DNA of 64,000 nt. It comes from Bacillota bacterium (GTDB taxonomy: Bacteria; Bacillota; UBA4882; UBA10575). The translations under genes and the position numbers were made by a program. Numbering within the stretch: the stretch's first letter is position 1; each line of letters starts with the position of its first letter. Positions 26,528 through 36,577 of this stretch are shown here, in pieces. The notes beneath the pieces were generated by a model that saw only the letters and a program-made list of their open reading frames with translations, was not told the origin of the DNA and did no database searches. The stretch covers positions 28,622 to 92,621 of the forward strand of contig JAAYGG010000144.1 in the NCBI GenBank assembly GCA_012727895.1, written 5' to 3'.

Positions 26528-27829
26528 ATGAAGATTAGCGCGCCCCGGGGGACCTTTGACATCCTGCCGGAGGAGGCTTTGCGCTGGCGTTGGCTGGAAG
26601 CGGCGATCCGGCGGGTTTTTGACTATTATGGTTATCAGGAGATCCGGACACCGGTCTTTGAACACACCGAGCTTTTCCAGCGCGGGATCGGGGAGACCAC
26701 CGATATCGTGGAGAAAGAGATGTACACCTTTAACGATAAAGGGGGAAGGAGCCTGACCCTGCGCCCGGAAGGGACCGCGCCGGTCGTCCGTTCCTATGTG
26801 GAACACAAACTTTACAGCAAGGGCGGGATCACCAAGCTCTTCTATATGGGCCCCATGTTCCGCCAGGAGCGGCCGCAGGCCGGCCGGTTCCGCCAGTTTC
26901 ACCAGTTTGGGGTGGAACTCCTGGGGACGGAGAGCCCGTTGGCTGATGCCGAAGTGATCACCGTCGCCGTGGAACTCTATAAGGAGTTGGGCTTAACCGA
27001 CCTGGAAGTCCTCGTGAACTCCATCGGTTGCCCGGCCTGCCGCAAAAAATACCAGGAAGACCTCTTTTCCCGGTTGAGTTCCCTCCAGGAACTCTGCGAG
27101 AGTTGCCTGCGGCGCTTGGAGAAAAACCCTATGCGCATTTTGGATTGTAAAAACCCCCGTTGCCGGGAGTTGACAAAAGATGTCCCGGCGGTCACGGATT
27201 ACCTCTGCCCCGCATGCCGCGACCACCTGGAGAAGACCCTTTCTTTCCTTGATAAGGCGGGGATCGACTACCGCCTGGAGCCCAGGCTGGTCCGGGGGTT
27301 TGATTATTACACCCGTACGGTCTTTGAGGTGATCAATGCCGGCCTGGGCGCACAGAATGCCGTTTGCGGCGGTGGCCGCTACGACCACCTGGTGGAAGAG
27401 ATCGGCGGCCCCCCAATGCCGGGGGTGGGGTTTGCTTCCGGTATGGAGAGGCTCATCCTAACCCTTGAGCAACAGGGGAAGTTTGCCGGTTTCTCTTCCG
27501 CACCGCAGGTGGCTTTTGCCGTCCTCGACGAGACCCTGGCGGCGGACGGTTTTGCCCTGGCAACCCGGCTTCGCCGGGAAGGGCTCACCGTCGAAGCCTG
27601 CCTGGAGGTGAAGAGCCTCAAAGCGCAGATGCGGGCGGCCGGCAAACTCCAGGCGAAGTTCGTCGTCATCCTGGGCGAGGACGAATGGAAAGACGGCCAG
27701 GTTTCGGTGCGGCGGATGGCCGACGGCGAGCAATGGCGGGTCGATCGTGAAGAGGTGTGCCGGTTTATCAAAGACCTTCTCGACCGGGATTCTTCCGGGC
27801 GGGAGCAGGAAAGGGGAAGTTTTTCGTGA
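26528..27829 (+). CDS. hisS: Histidine--tRNA ligase
   Basis: Class II aaRS motifs (LRPEGTAPVVR, FHQFGVE, GGGRYD) plus an anticodon-binding C-terminus. Confidence 0.92.
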   Translation: MKISAPRGTFDILPEEALRWRWLEAAIRRVFDYYGYQEIRTPVFEHTELFQRGIGETTDIVEKEMYTFNDKGGRSLTLRPEGTAPVVRSYVEHKLYSKGGITKLFYMGPMFRQERPQAGRFRQFHQFGVELLGTESPLADAEVITVAVELYKELGLTDLEVLVNSIGCPACRKKYQEDLFSRLSSLQELCESCLRRLEKNPMRILDCKNPRCRELTKDVPAVTDYLCPACRDHLEKTLSFLDKAGIDYRLEPRLVRGFDYYTRTVFEVINAGLGAQNAVCGGGRYDHLVEEIGGPPMPGVGFASGMERLILTLEQQGKFAGFSSAPQVAFAVLDETLAADGFALATRLRREGLTVEACLEVKSLKAQMRAAGKLQAKFVVILGEDEWKDGQVSVRRMADGEQWRVDREEVCRFIKDLLDRDSSGREQERGSFS

Positions 27830-29604
27830 CTGAGTGGAAAAGAACATATTACTGCGGCAAATTACGGGCTGAAGATGCCGGTACCACCGTCTGCCTCAAC
27901 GGGTGGGTCCATCGCTGGCGGGACCACGGGGGGGTGCTTTTCATTGATCTCCGGGATGCCACCGGCCTGGTACAGGTGGTTTTTCACCCGGAAAAGAACG
28001 AAGAACTATTTCAACAGGCGGAGACGCTCCGGAACGAGTATGTGATTGCGGTCCGGGGACGGCTGGAGAAACGGCCTCCGGAGACGGTCAACCCCAACCT
28101 GCCCACCGGCGAGGTGGAAGTCATCGCGGAAGAGCTTGTTATTTTAAGCAAGGCCCAAACCCCGCCCGTACAGATCGACGACCGGATAACAGTGGATGAA
28201 GCCCTCCGCCTGCGCTACCGTTATCTTGACCTGCGCCGCCCGGAGATGCATAAATATCTTGCGGTCCGGCACCGCACGGCGAAACTGGCCCGGGATTTCC
28301 TGGACCAGAAGGGCTTTTTGGAGATTGAAACGCCGATGCTGACCAAGAGTACGCCGGAGGGGGCCCGGGACTTCCTGGTCCCCAGCAGGCTCAGCCCGGG
28401 GAAGTTTTACGCCCTTCCCCAGTCGCCGCAGCTTTTCAAACAGATTTTGATGGTCGCCGGGGTGGACAAGTACTTCCAGATCGCCCGGTGTTTCCGGGAT
28501 GAGGATTTACGCGCTGACCGACAGCCGGAATTTACCCAGATCGACCTGGAGATGGCCTTTGTTGACCGGGAAGATATCCTTGGGCTCATGGAAGAACTGG
28601 TGCAGGTGCTCTTTAAAGAATTGACCGGGTTTGAACCGGCCAGGCCTTTCCCACGCCTGAGTTATCATGAGGCGGTCCGCCGGTTTGGCACGGATAAACC
28701 GGATACCAGGTTTGCCATGGAATTGACGGACTTCTCCGATCTGGTGCAGGAGACGGAGTTCTCCATCTTCCGGCAGGTGGTGGCCGGCGGCGGCTCGGTC
28801 CTTGGCATTACCGCCCCGGGTTGCGGTAATTTCTCCCGCCGGGAGTTGGATGAACTGCCCCGGCTGGCGGCGGAGTTCGGCGCCCGCGGCCTTGTCTATT
28901 TCGCCTTGACCGGAGAGGGGATCAAATCGCCGGTGGCCAAGTTCTTCACCCCCGGGCAGTTGGAAGCCGTCTGTGAGCGGGCGCAAGCCCGGGAAGGCGA
29001 TTTGATTATGATGGTTGCCGACGAAACCGAAAAGGCCCAAGAGATCCTGGGCGGGTTGCGGCTGGAGTTTGGCCGGCGCCTGCAGTTAGTTCCCGAGGGA
29101 CGCCATGATTTCCTGTGGGTGATTGATTTTCCCCTTTTCGAACTGAACACTGAGACCCGCAGGATCGAGTCGAAACATAACCCCTTTGCCGCCCCCTTGC
29201 CGGAGGACCTTGCTCTCCTTGATCATGAACCGTTGAAAGCCCGGGGCAACTCCTATGATCTGGTCCTGGACGGGGTGGAACTGGGCAGTGGCAGCATTCG
29301 CATACACCGGCGGGAACTCCAGGAGAAAGTCCTTGCGATTCTGGGGATTTCACCGGAGGAAGCCCGGGAGAAATTCGGCTTTCTCCTTAATGCCTTTGAC
29401 TACGGGGCCCCGCCCCACGGGGGGATTGCCCTGGGCATGGACCGGCTGGTCGCGATTTTGGCCGGGGCGGAGAGCATGCGGGATGTGATTGCCTTCCCCA
29501 AAACCGCTGCCGGCGCCTGCCTGTTGACCGGCGCACCGGCGGAGGTGGAACCGGCCCAATTGCGGGAGTTGTCCCTGGTGAGCCTGGCGGGGAAGAAGGA
29601 GTAA
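27826..29604 (+). CDS. aspS: Aspartate--tRNA ligase
   Basis: OB-fold N-terminus, FRDEDLRADRQPEFTQID, GGIALGMDRL. GTG 27826 overlaps the hisS stop. Confidence 0.92.
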   Translation: MTEWKRTYYCGKLRAEDAGTTVCLNGWVHRWRDHGGVLFIDLRDATGLVQVVFHPEKNEELFQQAETLRNEYVIAVRGRLEKRPPETVNPNLPTGEVEVIAEELVILSKAQTPPVQIDDRITVDEALRLRYRYLDLRRPEMHKYLAVRHRTAKLARDFLDQKGFLEIETPMLTKSTPEGARDFLVPSRLSPGKFYALPQSPQLFKQILMVAGVDKYFQIARCFRDEDLRADRQPEFTQIDLEMAFVDREDILGLMEELVQVLFKELTGFEPARPFPRLSYHEAVRRFGTDKPDTRFAMELTDFSDLVQETEFSIFRQVVAGGGSVLGITAPGCGNFSRRELDELPRLAAEFGARGLVYFALTGEGIKSPVAKFFTPGQLEAVCERAQAREGDLIMMVADETEKAQEILGGLRLEFGRRLQLVPEGRHDFLWVIDFPLFELNTETRRIESKHNPFAAPLPEDLALLDHEPLKARGNSYDLVLDGVELGSGSIRIHRRELQEKVLAILGISPEEAREKFGFLLNAFDYGAPPHGGIALGMDRLVAILAGAESMRDVIAFPKTAAGACLLTGAPAEVEPAQLRELSLVSLAGKKE

Positions 29605-29641
29605 AATAAGAAGAAAATTTTTACAACAGCCCTTTAAGCTC

Positions 29642-29671
29642 TTGCGTGGACCGGCTTACTTGTGTTATTAT
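29642..29671 (+). promoter_or_regulatory. Candidate promoter of the 6S RNA gene
   Basis: TTGCGT (29642-29647), 18 nt, TATTAT (29666-29671). Confidence 0.45.
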
Positions 29672-29677
29672 TATATC

Positions 29678-29874
29678 AGAAACGGTACCCTGCTGTGTGC
29701 GTGGTGAAGCTGAAGTTATGAACCAACACCATTACCTGGGGAGCCGGACTCTGTTGGCGGCGTGTAGGCCTTCCTGGCAAGGACACATAAACCCAACAGG
29801 AGGCGCCCACCTGCGAGAGCGGGTTCAGGTAACATTCAGCGATAGCGCCACGGCGGGGTTCTTTCTTTTTTTTT
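29678..29874 (+). ncRNA. ssrS: 6S RNA
   Basis: About 195 nt. The 5' half (CCCTGCTGTG, GCTGAA, GTTA, TGAACC) pairs with the 3' half (GGGTTCA, TAAC, TTCAGC, CACGGCGGGG) with small bulges, giving the long interrupted closing helix of 6S. It ends in a T-run. Its position is aspS-downstream as for Bacillus 6S-1 and MTHFS-upstream as for E. coli ssrS-ygfA. Ends are accurate to about 10 nt. Confidence 0.75.
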
Positions 29875-30013
29875 ATTCCTTTATTACATCTATTACATCG
29901 TTACCCTGTATCTTTCCCGTACCGTCTCCTGACGGCGGTACGGACAAGCCAATGTTTTATCTCTCCGTTACAGTGGATCTCTTCCGGAGGGAGAAAACCG
30001 GAGGGGGAAGCAA

Positions 30014-30604
30014 TTGAACGCCGGTGAGGAGAAAAGGCGGGCGCGCCGGGAATACTGGCGGCGCCTGGCGGAACTTGGCCGCGGGGAAGTTGCGGAAAAG
30101 AGCGCCTTAATTACCGCCCGGGCCCTGGCGCTGCCCCAGTTGGCGGCAGCCGGGACGGTGGGGGCCTATGCGTCCATTGGCAACGAGGTGGCCACGGGGG
30201 ACCTCCTTGCCGCGTTGCTTTCCGCCGGGAAAAACCTGGTTTTGCCGGTGGTAAAAGGGGACGGGTTCATGGAGTTCCGGGCCGTTACGGACCTGGGCCG
30301 CTTAACCCCGGGGGTTTTTGGGATCCCGGAACCCCGGGAGGGGGAGCTCTGTCCTCCGGAGAAAATTGATCTTCTCTTCATCCCCGGCCTCGCCTTTGAC
30401 CGCCGCGGCGGGCGGTTGGGGCGGGGAAAGGGTTATTACGACCGCTACCTGGCCCATGCCGCCGCGCGCCGCCCGGACCAGATCAAAGTTGGGCTGGCCT
30501 TCTCCAGGCAACTGATGGCGGCCGTTCCCCGGGACGACTGGGATCTCCTCATGGATCTGCTGGTTACGGAGGAAGAGGTTATCATCTGCAAGAATGGGGG
30601 ATAG
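30014..30604 (+). CDS. 5-formyltetrahydrofolate cyclo-ligase
   Basis: GLAFDRRGGRLGRGKGYYDRYL motif, 196 aa, TTG start behind GGAGGGGG. Confidence 0.85.
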   Translation: MNAGEEKRRARREYWRRLAELGRGEVAEKSALITARALALPQLAAAGTVGAYASIGNEVATGDLLAALLSAGKNLVLPVVKGDGFMEFRAVTDLGRLTPGVFGIPEPREGELCPPEKIDLLFIPGLAFDRRGGRLGRGKGYYDRYLAHAAARRPDQIKVGLAFSRQLMAAVPRDDWDLLMDLLVTEEEVIICKNGG

Positions 30605-30607
30605 AGG

Positions 30608-31498
30608 ATGCGCTTGGGGACTTTTGCCGATGACCGGGGAAAGGTTTTTCCCGGCCTCTGCCTGGAGGATAAGGTTTTTGACCTTTCCCAAGGCTTCGCC
30701 GGGCTCCGCCGGGAGGGTGGGTTTCCGGATTTAAAAACCCTCCTGGCAACAGAAGGCGGGCTGGAGAGGCTCCAGTGCCTGTTGGCTGCGGGTGAAGAGC
30801 CCGGGCCGTCTTACCCTTTGGAAAAACTGCGGGTCCTGGCGCCGGTCCCCAACCCGGCAAAGATTGTCTGCATCGGCCTTAACTACCTGGACCATGCCAT
30901 GGAGACCGGGGCGGCCGTCCCGGAGGAACCGGTGATCTTTACCAAGTTTGCCACAGCTATTGTTGGCCCGGGAGCGCCCATTATTCTGCCGCCCGTCACA
31001 AACCAAGTGGATTATGAAGCGGAATTGGCGGTGGTCGTCGGTAAAAAAGGGAAGAATGTGCCGGAGGAAGAGGCCATGGAGTACGTGGCCGGGTATACGG
31101 TTTTTAACGATGTCAGCGCACGGGATCTCCAGTTTCGCGACGGGCAGTGGACCAAAGGGAAGGCCCTGGATACCTTCGCGCCCATGGGCCCGTACCTGGT
31201 CACCGCCGGTGAAGTTGGCGACCCCCACCGGCTGGCGATCAAACTCTGGCTAAACGACCGGCTAATGCAGGATTCTTCCACGGAAAAACTGATCTTTAAA
31301 GTCCCTGCCCTCATCAGCTTTTTATCCCAGCTTTTCACCTTGGAGCCGGGGGATATCATCGCCACCGGTACCCCGCCCGGGGTGGGTTTTGCCCGGAAAC
31401 CCCCGGTTTACCTTAAACCCGGCGATACGGTAAGGATCAGTATTGAAAAAATCGGCACCCTTGTCAACCCCGTTACCGCCCACGACCTCCAAAAGTGA
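30608..31498 (+). CDS. Fumarylacetoacetate hydrolase (FAH) family protein
   Basis: GLNYLDH, DYEAELAVVVGK and GTPPGVG motifs of the FAH C-terminal domain. Confidence 0.85.
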   Translation: MRLGTFADDRGKVFPGLCLEDKVFDLSQGFAGLRREGGFPDLKTLLATEGGLERLQCLLAAGEEPGPSYPLEKLRVLAPVPNPAKIVCIGLNYLDHAMETGAAVPEEPVIFTKFATAIVGPGAPIILPPVTNQVDYEAELAVVVGKKGKNVPEEEAMEYVAGYTVFNDVSARDLQFRDGQWTKGKALDTFAPMGPYLVTAGEVGDPHRLAIKLWLNDRLMQDSSTEKLIFKVPALISFLSQLFTLEPGDIIATGTPPGVGFARKPPVYLKPGDTVRISIEKIGTLVNPVTAHDLQK

Positions 31499-31641
31499 GA
31501 CCGGATCAACTCATCCCTCCCCGTCAAATTTTCCCCGGGGTTTCAGAACGGAAGCTTTTTAATATGCCGGGAAATTGCCAGGATAAGGAAGCAGGGGCCC
31601 GGGTTCACCTCCCCGCGCGGGGAACCGCAGGAGAAGCGTGG

Positions 31642-31670
31642 TTGTCTCCCCGGGGGGCAAGTGATATAAT
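31642..31670 (+). promoter_or_regulatory. Sigma-A-type promoter with extended -10 upstream of secA
   Basis: TTGTCT (31642-31647), 17 nt, TATAAT (31665-31670), preceded by TGA (TGnTATAAT). Confidence 0.55.
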
Positions 31671-31682
31671 AGCAGAAGTGAG

Positions 31683-31735
31683 ATGCGTGCGCAGTAAATA
31701 AATGCGTGCGTAGGATATCGCCGGATGCGTGCGCA
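31683..31735 (+). repeat. Three direct copies of ATGCGTGCG(C/T)A
   Basis: Copies at 31683-31693, 31702-31712 and 31725-31735. Each is an 11-nt alternating purine-pyrimidine tract. Confidence 0.9.
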
Positions 31736-31832
31736 ACGGGTGCGGAAACCCCCCGCTCTTTTTTTGCGTTATGAAAAGCAGGGGTAAAAGATTGTACAGC
31801 GTGCTAATGGCGAGTTTGGAGAGGAAGAAGGG

Positions 31833-34487
31833 ATGCCGTTGTTAGGTTTTTTACGGAACATCTGGGATACCAACCAACGGGAATTGAACCGCCTGGCCCC
31901 GCTGGTCCAGAGGATCAATGAACTGGAGGCGGAGTTTCTCCCCTATACCGATGACCAACTCCGGTCGAAAACCGGGGAGTTCCGCCGCCGTCTCCAGGAC
32001 GGCGCGACCCTGGACGAGCTCCTTCCCGAGGCCTTTGCCGTGGTCCGGGAGGCGGCCAAAAGAACCCTGGGGCAACGCCATTACGACGTCCAGTTAATGG
32101 GCGGGATTGTCCTGCACGAGGGGAAGATCGCCGAGATGAAGACGGGCGAGGGGAAAACCCTCGTCGCCACCCTCCCGGTTTACCTGAATGCGCTGACCGG
32201 CAAAGGGGTGCACGTGGTCACTGTCAACGATTACCTGGCCAAACGCGACAGCGAGTGGATGGGGCAGATCTATAGATTTCTCGGGCTTTCCGTTGGTGTG
32301 ATCCTCCATGATATGAACGCCGCCGAGCGGCGGGCCGCCTACCGGGCGGATGTAACCTACGGGACCAACAATGAATTTGGCTTTGATTACCTCCGGGACA
32401 ACATGGCGATTACCCCGGAGGATATGGTGCAGAGGGAATTAAACTATGCCATAGTGGACGAGGTGGACAGTATCCTGATTGATGAGGCCCGGACGCCGCT
32501 GATCATCTCCGGGCAGGCGGAGAAACCCACCAACCTCTATTACCAGTTTACCAGGATCGCCAACCGCCTGAAGAGAGACGTGGATTACACCGTGGACGAA
32601 AAAGCCCGGAACGTGGCGGTGACCGAAGAAGGGGTGGCCAAGGCCGAAAAGATGCTGGGCGTCGAGAACCTCTACGCGCCCGAACACACCGATCTGGTCC
32701 ACCACTTGACGCAGGCGCTCAAAGCCAAAGAGCTGATGAAGAGGGATATTGACTATGTGGTCAAGGACGGCCGGATTATCATAGTCGACCAGTTTACCGG
32801 CAGGATGATGTTTGGGCGGCGCTACAGCGAAGGGTTGCACCAGGCGATCGAGGCCAAAGAGGGCGTAAAGATCGAGCGGGAAAGCCAGACCCTGGCGTCG
32901 ATTACTTTCCAGAACTACTTCCGGATGTATGAAAAACTGGCGGGGATGACCGGGACCGCCGAGACCGAGGAGGCGGAGTTCCGGAAGATTTACGGGTTGG
33001 AAGTGGTGGTGATCCCCACCAACCTGCCGATGATCCGGGAGGACCACCCAGATGTGGTCTACAAGACGGAAACCGGGAAGATCATGGCGATCGTGGATGA
33101 GATCGAAGCGGTCCATAAAACCGGCCGGCCGGTTTTGGTCGGGACCATCTCTATTGAAAAATCGGAGCGCCTTTCGGCCCTTTTGAAAAAGAGGAAAATC
33201 CCCCATCAGGTCCTGAACGCCAAGTACCATGAGAAAGAAGCGGAGATTGTGGCCCAGGCGGGACGGCTGGGCGCGGTCACTATCGCCACCAACATGGCCG
33301 GGCGCGGGACCGACATCATTCTCGGGGGCAACCCGGATTTCCTCGCCGCCTCCTTCTTAAAGGAAGAAGGGGTTGACCCCAAAGAGGCCACAGAGGAACA
33401 GTGGCGGGCCGCCCGGGAGAGGGCCCGCCGGATCACCGATGAGGAGCACGAAAAAGTGGTGGCCCTGGGCGGGCTGCACATTATCGGTACCGAGCGCCAC
33501 GAGAGCCGGCGGATTGACAACCAGTTGCGGGGGCGTGCCGGCCGCCAGGGCGACCCGGGTTCCTCCCGTTTCTATGTTTCCATGGAAGACGATTTGATGC
33601 GCCTTTTTGGCGGGGAGACTATTGTCCGCTGGATGGAACGGTTGGGTTGGGAGGAAGACGTGCCCATCGAGCACCCGCGGATCGCCCGGGCGATTGAAAA
33701 CGCCCAGCGCAAGGTGGAAAACAGGAACTTTGAAATCCGCAAGCACGTCCTGGAATACGACGATGTCCTGAACAAGCAGAGGGAGACCATTTACGGTCTG
33801 CGCCGCAAGATCCTCCTGGGTACGGAAGAAGACCTCCACGGACAGGTGTTGGATATGTTCAGGCAGGTGGCTGAGGGGCTTGTCCAGATGCACACCGATG
33901 CCCGCATCCCGGAGGAGTGGGACCTGGAGGGGTTATGCGGCGAGGCGGACCGGATCTTCTTCTTCGCCGGCGCTTTTACCCCGGATAAACTGCGGGAAGA
34001 GGCCGGGGGAGATCCGGAAAGAATCAAGAAGATCCTGCTGGAAAAAGCCTTGGCCCGTTACACGGAGAAGGAGAAAGAGATCGACGCCGGGCGGTTGCGG
34101 GCTTTTGAACGCTATGTGCTGTTACAGACCATTGACCGGTTTTGGATGGACCACCTGCAAAATATGGACGATCTCCTTGATGGCGTGCGCTTCCAGACCT
34201 ATGCCCAGCAAGACCCGCTGGTGGTTTATAAGATTGAGTCTTACCGGATGTTCCAGGGGTTGCTGGAGACGATCCGCGAGGAAGTCGTCCGTATCCTCTG
34301 CCACATCCAGGTGACGGAGGAGAAACCCCGCCCCCGGCGGCAGGTGCGGAACCTCGTCACCAACCGCGGGGAAGACGGGGCCGTGGAGGTAACCCAGAGG
34401 AAGATCGGGAAGAAAGTCGGGCGGAACGAACCCTGCCCCTGCGGGAGCGGGAAAAAATACAAGAAGTGTTGCGGGAAAAGCGCTTGA
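31833..34487 (+). CDS. secA: Preprotein translocase ATPase SecA
   Basis: DEAD-like motor ([32 protein letters not shown]) and a C-terminal zinc-binding tail [14 protein letters not shown]. Confidence 0.95.
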   Translation: MPLLGFLRNIWDTNQRELNRLAPLVQRINELEAEFLPYTDDQLRSKTGEFRRRLQDGATLDELLPEAFAVVREAAKRTLGQRHYDVQLMGGIVLHEGKIAEMKTGEGKTLVATLPVYLNALTGKGVHVVTVNDYLAKRDSEWMGQIYRFLGLSVGVILHDMNAAERRAAYRADVTYGTNNEFGFDYLRDNMAITPEDMVQRELNYAIVDEVDSILIDEARTPLIISGQAEKPTNLYYQFTRIANRLKRDVDYTVDEKARNVAVTEEGVAKAEKMLGVENLYAPEHTDLVHHLTQALKAKELMKRDIDYVVKDGRIIIVDQFTGRMMFGRRYSEGLHQAIEAKEGVKIERESQTLASITFQNYFRMYEKLAGMTGTAETEEAEFRKIYGLEVVVIPTNLPMIREDHPDVVYKTETGKIMAIVDEIEAVHKTGRPVLVGTISIEKSERLSALLKKRKIPHQVLNAKYHEKEAEIVAQAGRLGAVTIATNMAGRGTDIILGGNPDFLAASFLKEEGVDPKEATEEQWRAARERARRITDEEHEKVVALGGLHIIGTERHESRRIDNQLRGRAGRQGDPGSSRFYVSMEDDLMRLFGGETIVRWMERLGWEEDVPIEHPRIARAIENAQRKVENRNFEIRKHVLEYDDVLNKQRETIYGLRRKILLGTEEDLHGQVLDMFRQVAEGLVQMHTDARIPEEWDLEGLCGEADRIFFFAGAFTPDKLREEAGGDPERIKKILLEKALARYTEKEKEIDAGRLRAFERYVLLQTIDRFWMDHLQNMDDLLDGVRFQTYAQQDPLVVYKIESYRMFQGLLETIREEVVRILCHIQVTEEKPRPRRQVRNLVTNRGEDGAVEVTQRKIGKKVGRNEPCPCGSGKKYKKCCGKSA

Positions 34488-34583
34488 TTTCACTGCCCTT
34501 TCAGTAGCGCGGGAAACGGCGCGGAGCCCGGAAAAAGCAGACCGCGTTAAGTTAAGAGTCAAGCAGATAAAGGGGTGAGTTTC

Positions 34584-35697
34584 TTGGTAGAACCTGCAGA
34601 ATTAAAAGGAAAAATCACCGTGGCCTTGAAACGCTTGGACGAAATGAGGGAGTACCTTTGACCTGGAGGCCAAGGAAGAACGGATAAGAACCTTGACCGA
34701 GAAGACCGCAGCGCCGGATTTCTGGACGGACCAGGCCGTCGCCCAGGAAACCCTGAGGGAACTGAATTCCCTAAAAGAGACGGTGGATAAGGTTACCCGG
34801 CTGGAAAAAGATTTTCAGGATCTCCGGGAGCTATTGGAATTAGCCCTGGAAAGCGGTGAAGAGGAAGTACTCAAGGAGATCGAGGACGGCCTGGCCGCAG
34901 CCCTTCCCGCCTTGGAAGAGTTGGAACTTGCCACCCTCCTGGAAGGGGAGTTTGACCATAGCAACGCCTACCTCTCGATCCATCCCGGCGCCGGCGGGAC
35001 CGAATCCCAGGACTGGGCCGGGATGTTGCTCAGGATGTACACCCGGTGGGCGGAGCAAAAAGGTTACAAGGTCGATCTGGTGGATCTCCTGCCCGGGGAG
35101 GAAGCGGGGATCAAAAGCGCAACCCTGCATATCCAGGGGACGAATGTCTTTGGCTACCTGCGCGGGGAGAAGGGGGTCCACCGGTTGGTCCGGATTTCCC
35201 CCTTTGACGCCTCCGGGCGCCGGCATACCTCCTTTGTTTCCATTGATATCATCCCGGAACTGAGCGATGATCTGAACGTCGAGATCCGGCCGGAAGATAT
35301 TAAAATGGATACCTTCCGGGCGGGCGGCGCCGGCGGGCAGCACGTGAACAAGACCGAATCGGCGGTGCGTATAACCCACCTGCCCACCGGGATCGTCGTC
35401 TCCTGCCAGAACGAACGTTCACAACACCAGAACCGGGAGATGGCCATGAAGCTGCTCAAGGCCAAATTGGCTGAGGAACAACGCAGGCAGCGGGCAAAGA
35501 AATTAGACCAGATTAAGGGGGAGCAGACGGAGATTGCCTGGGGGAACCAGATCCGCTCTTACGTCTTCTGCCCTTATACCCTGGTCAAAGACCACCGGAC
35601 CGGGAAAGAAATTGGGAATATCCAAGCGGTAATGGACGGTGAGATTGACCCGTTTATTGAGGCGTTTTTACGCTCGCCGTATAACAAGGCCAATTAG
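34584..35697 (+). CDS. prfB: Peptide chain release factor 2, requires programmed +1 frameshift (34584..34658 joined to 34660..35697)
   Basis: Frame 0 reads ...[11 protein letters not shown] then TGA at 34659-34661. The +1 frame continues [12 protein letters not shown]... into the 334-aa ORF carrying SPF and GGQ motifs. Confidence 0.9.
34647..34662 (+). promoter_or_regulatory. RF2 autoregulatory +1 frameshift site
   Basis: AGGGAG TAC CTT TGA C has the same architecture as E. coli AGGGGG TAT CTT TGA C (an internal SD 3 nt before the slippery CTT, then an in-frame TGA followed by C). Confidence 0.9.
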
Positions 35698-35764
35698 CGG
35701 CGGGGAAGTGGATGCTTGGCGGCGCTCCCACGCCCGGATGGCAACGGTGTGCGCCTCTGCGGAA

Positions 35765-35822
35765 ACAAGTGATGAATATGGAGCGCGTGGCGCAGAAGCG
35801 GAGTGATACGGATTGCCGTCGT
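35765..35822 (+). repeat. Diverged copy of the dispersed intergenic repeat
   Basis: ACAAGTGATGAATATGG ... GCGGAGTGATACGGATTGCCG aligns with the GCGATGAATAGCGG ... TGATGG..GCCGGATTGCCGG blocks of the 6315-6381 copy. Confidence 0.45.
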
Positions 35823-36532
35823 TAAAAAACTGGGCTAGACTGGTTCTCATCTGCAGCCTCCTGGTAATAGCGGTCCTTCTTTTTTCCGGGATGACCCTGA
35901 TCAACCACTACCTGGAGAGGAGTTTGGCGCAAGCGATCGCCAGGGAAACGAAGATCGCGGAGGAAGTAAGCTGGCGCCTGGCGCCGCTGGGCCTGATCGA
36001 TCTGATCCGGGGGCGCACGAGGGATGTGGAGTTTTCCGCCGGCCGTTTGGCTTTTCACGAAGGACCCGTCCTTGAGGACCTAACCTTTAAGAGCCGGGGG
36101 ATCCAGTTGAACCGGAATGCCCTCTTGTTTGAGCGGAGAATAGAGGTTCAGGAATTGGCCAAAACCGAACTGACCTTCCGGATAACCGAGGCGGGGTTGA
36201 CCGCCTTTTTACGGGAGGAATGGCCGGAATTCAACCCCCGTGTTGAACTGTCGCCCGGGGCCGTCAGGATCCAAGGGGTTCTCAGGGAGCCGGTTTTGAA
36301 GGAGCGGTTGCCCTTTACCGCTTCCGCCCGCCTGGAACAAGCCTCCGGTAACAGTTTGCGTTTGACCCCCGTCACCCTTAAAATTGGCGATCTTGAGGTC
36401 CCGCCCGGGGTGGTTGCGGCCTACCTGGACGCCTTGGATCTGCAGTTTCCCCTGGAGTTGCCATGGCCTTTGACGATTAAAGAATTCCGGGTGGAAGAGG
36501 GGTTCTTGCGCATGGAATGGCGGGAGAAATAA
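35813..36532 (+). CDS. DUF2993 (LmeA-like) membrane-anchored protein
   Basis: N-terminal TM (LVLICSLLVIAVLLFSG) followed by a repetitive beta-rich ectodomain with the DUF2993 layout (…VEFSAGRLAF…LTFRITEAGLTAFL…IKEFRVEEGFLRMEW). The TTG start is weakly supported. Confidence 0.5.
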   Translation: MPSLKNWARLVLICSLLVIAVLLFSGMTLINHYLERSLAQAIARETKIAEEVSWRLAPLGLIDLIRGRTRDVEFSAGRLAFHEGPVLEDLTFKSRGIQLNRNALLFERRIEVQELAKTELTFRITEAGLTAFLREEWPEFNPRVELSPGAVRIQGVLREPVLKERLPFTASARLEQASGNSLRLTPVTLKIGDLEVPPGVVAAYLDALDLQFPLELPWPLTIKEFRVEEGFLRMEWREK

Positions 36533-36577
36533 AAGGACAAAGGCTGCACCGGTCTCCTTGTTCGGGGAGGGAAAAGA

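Noticed and set aside
29646-30017. 123-aa ORF in the aspS-MTHFS spacer.
   Set aside because: It overlaps the predicted 6S RNA and its terminator, has no RBS, and gives an implausible Cys/Phe/Thr-rich translation.
31495-31701. 68-aa ORF upstream of secA.
   Set aside because: It starts inside the stop region of the FAH gene, has no RBS, and overlaps the promoter and repeat unit. The composition is not protein-like.
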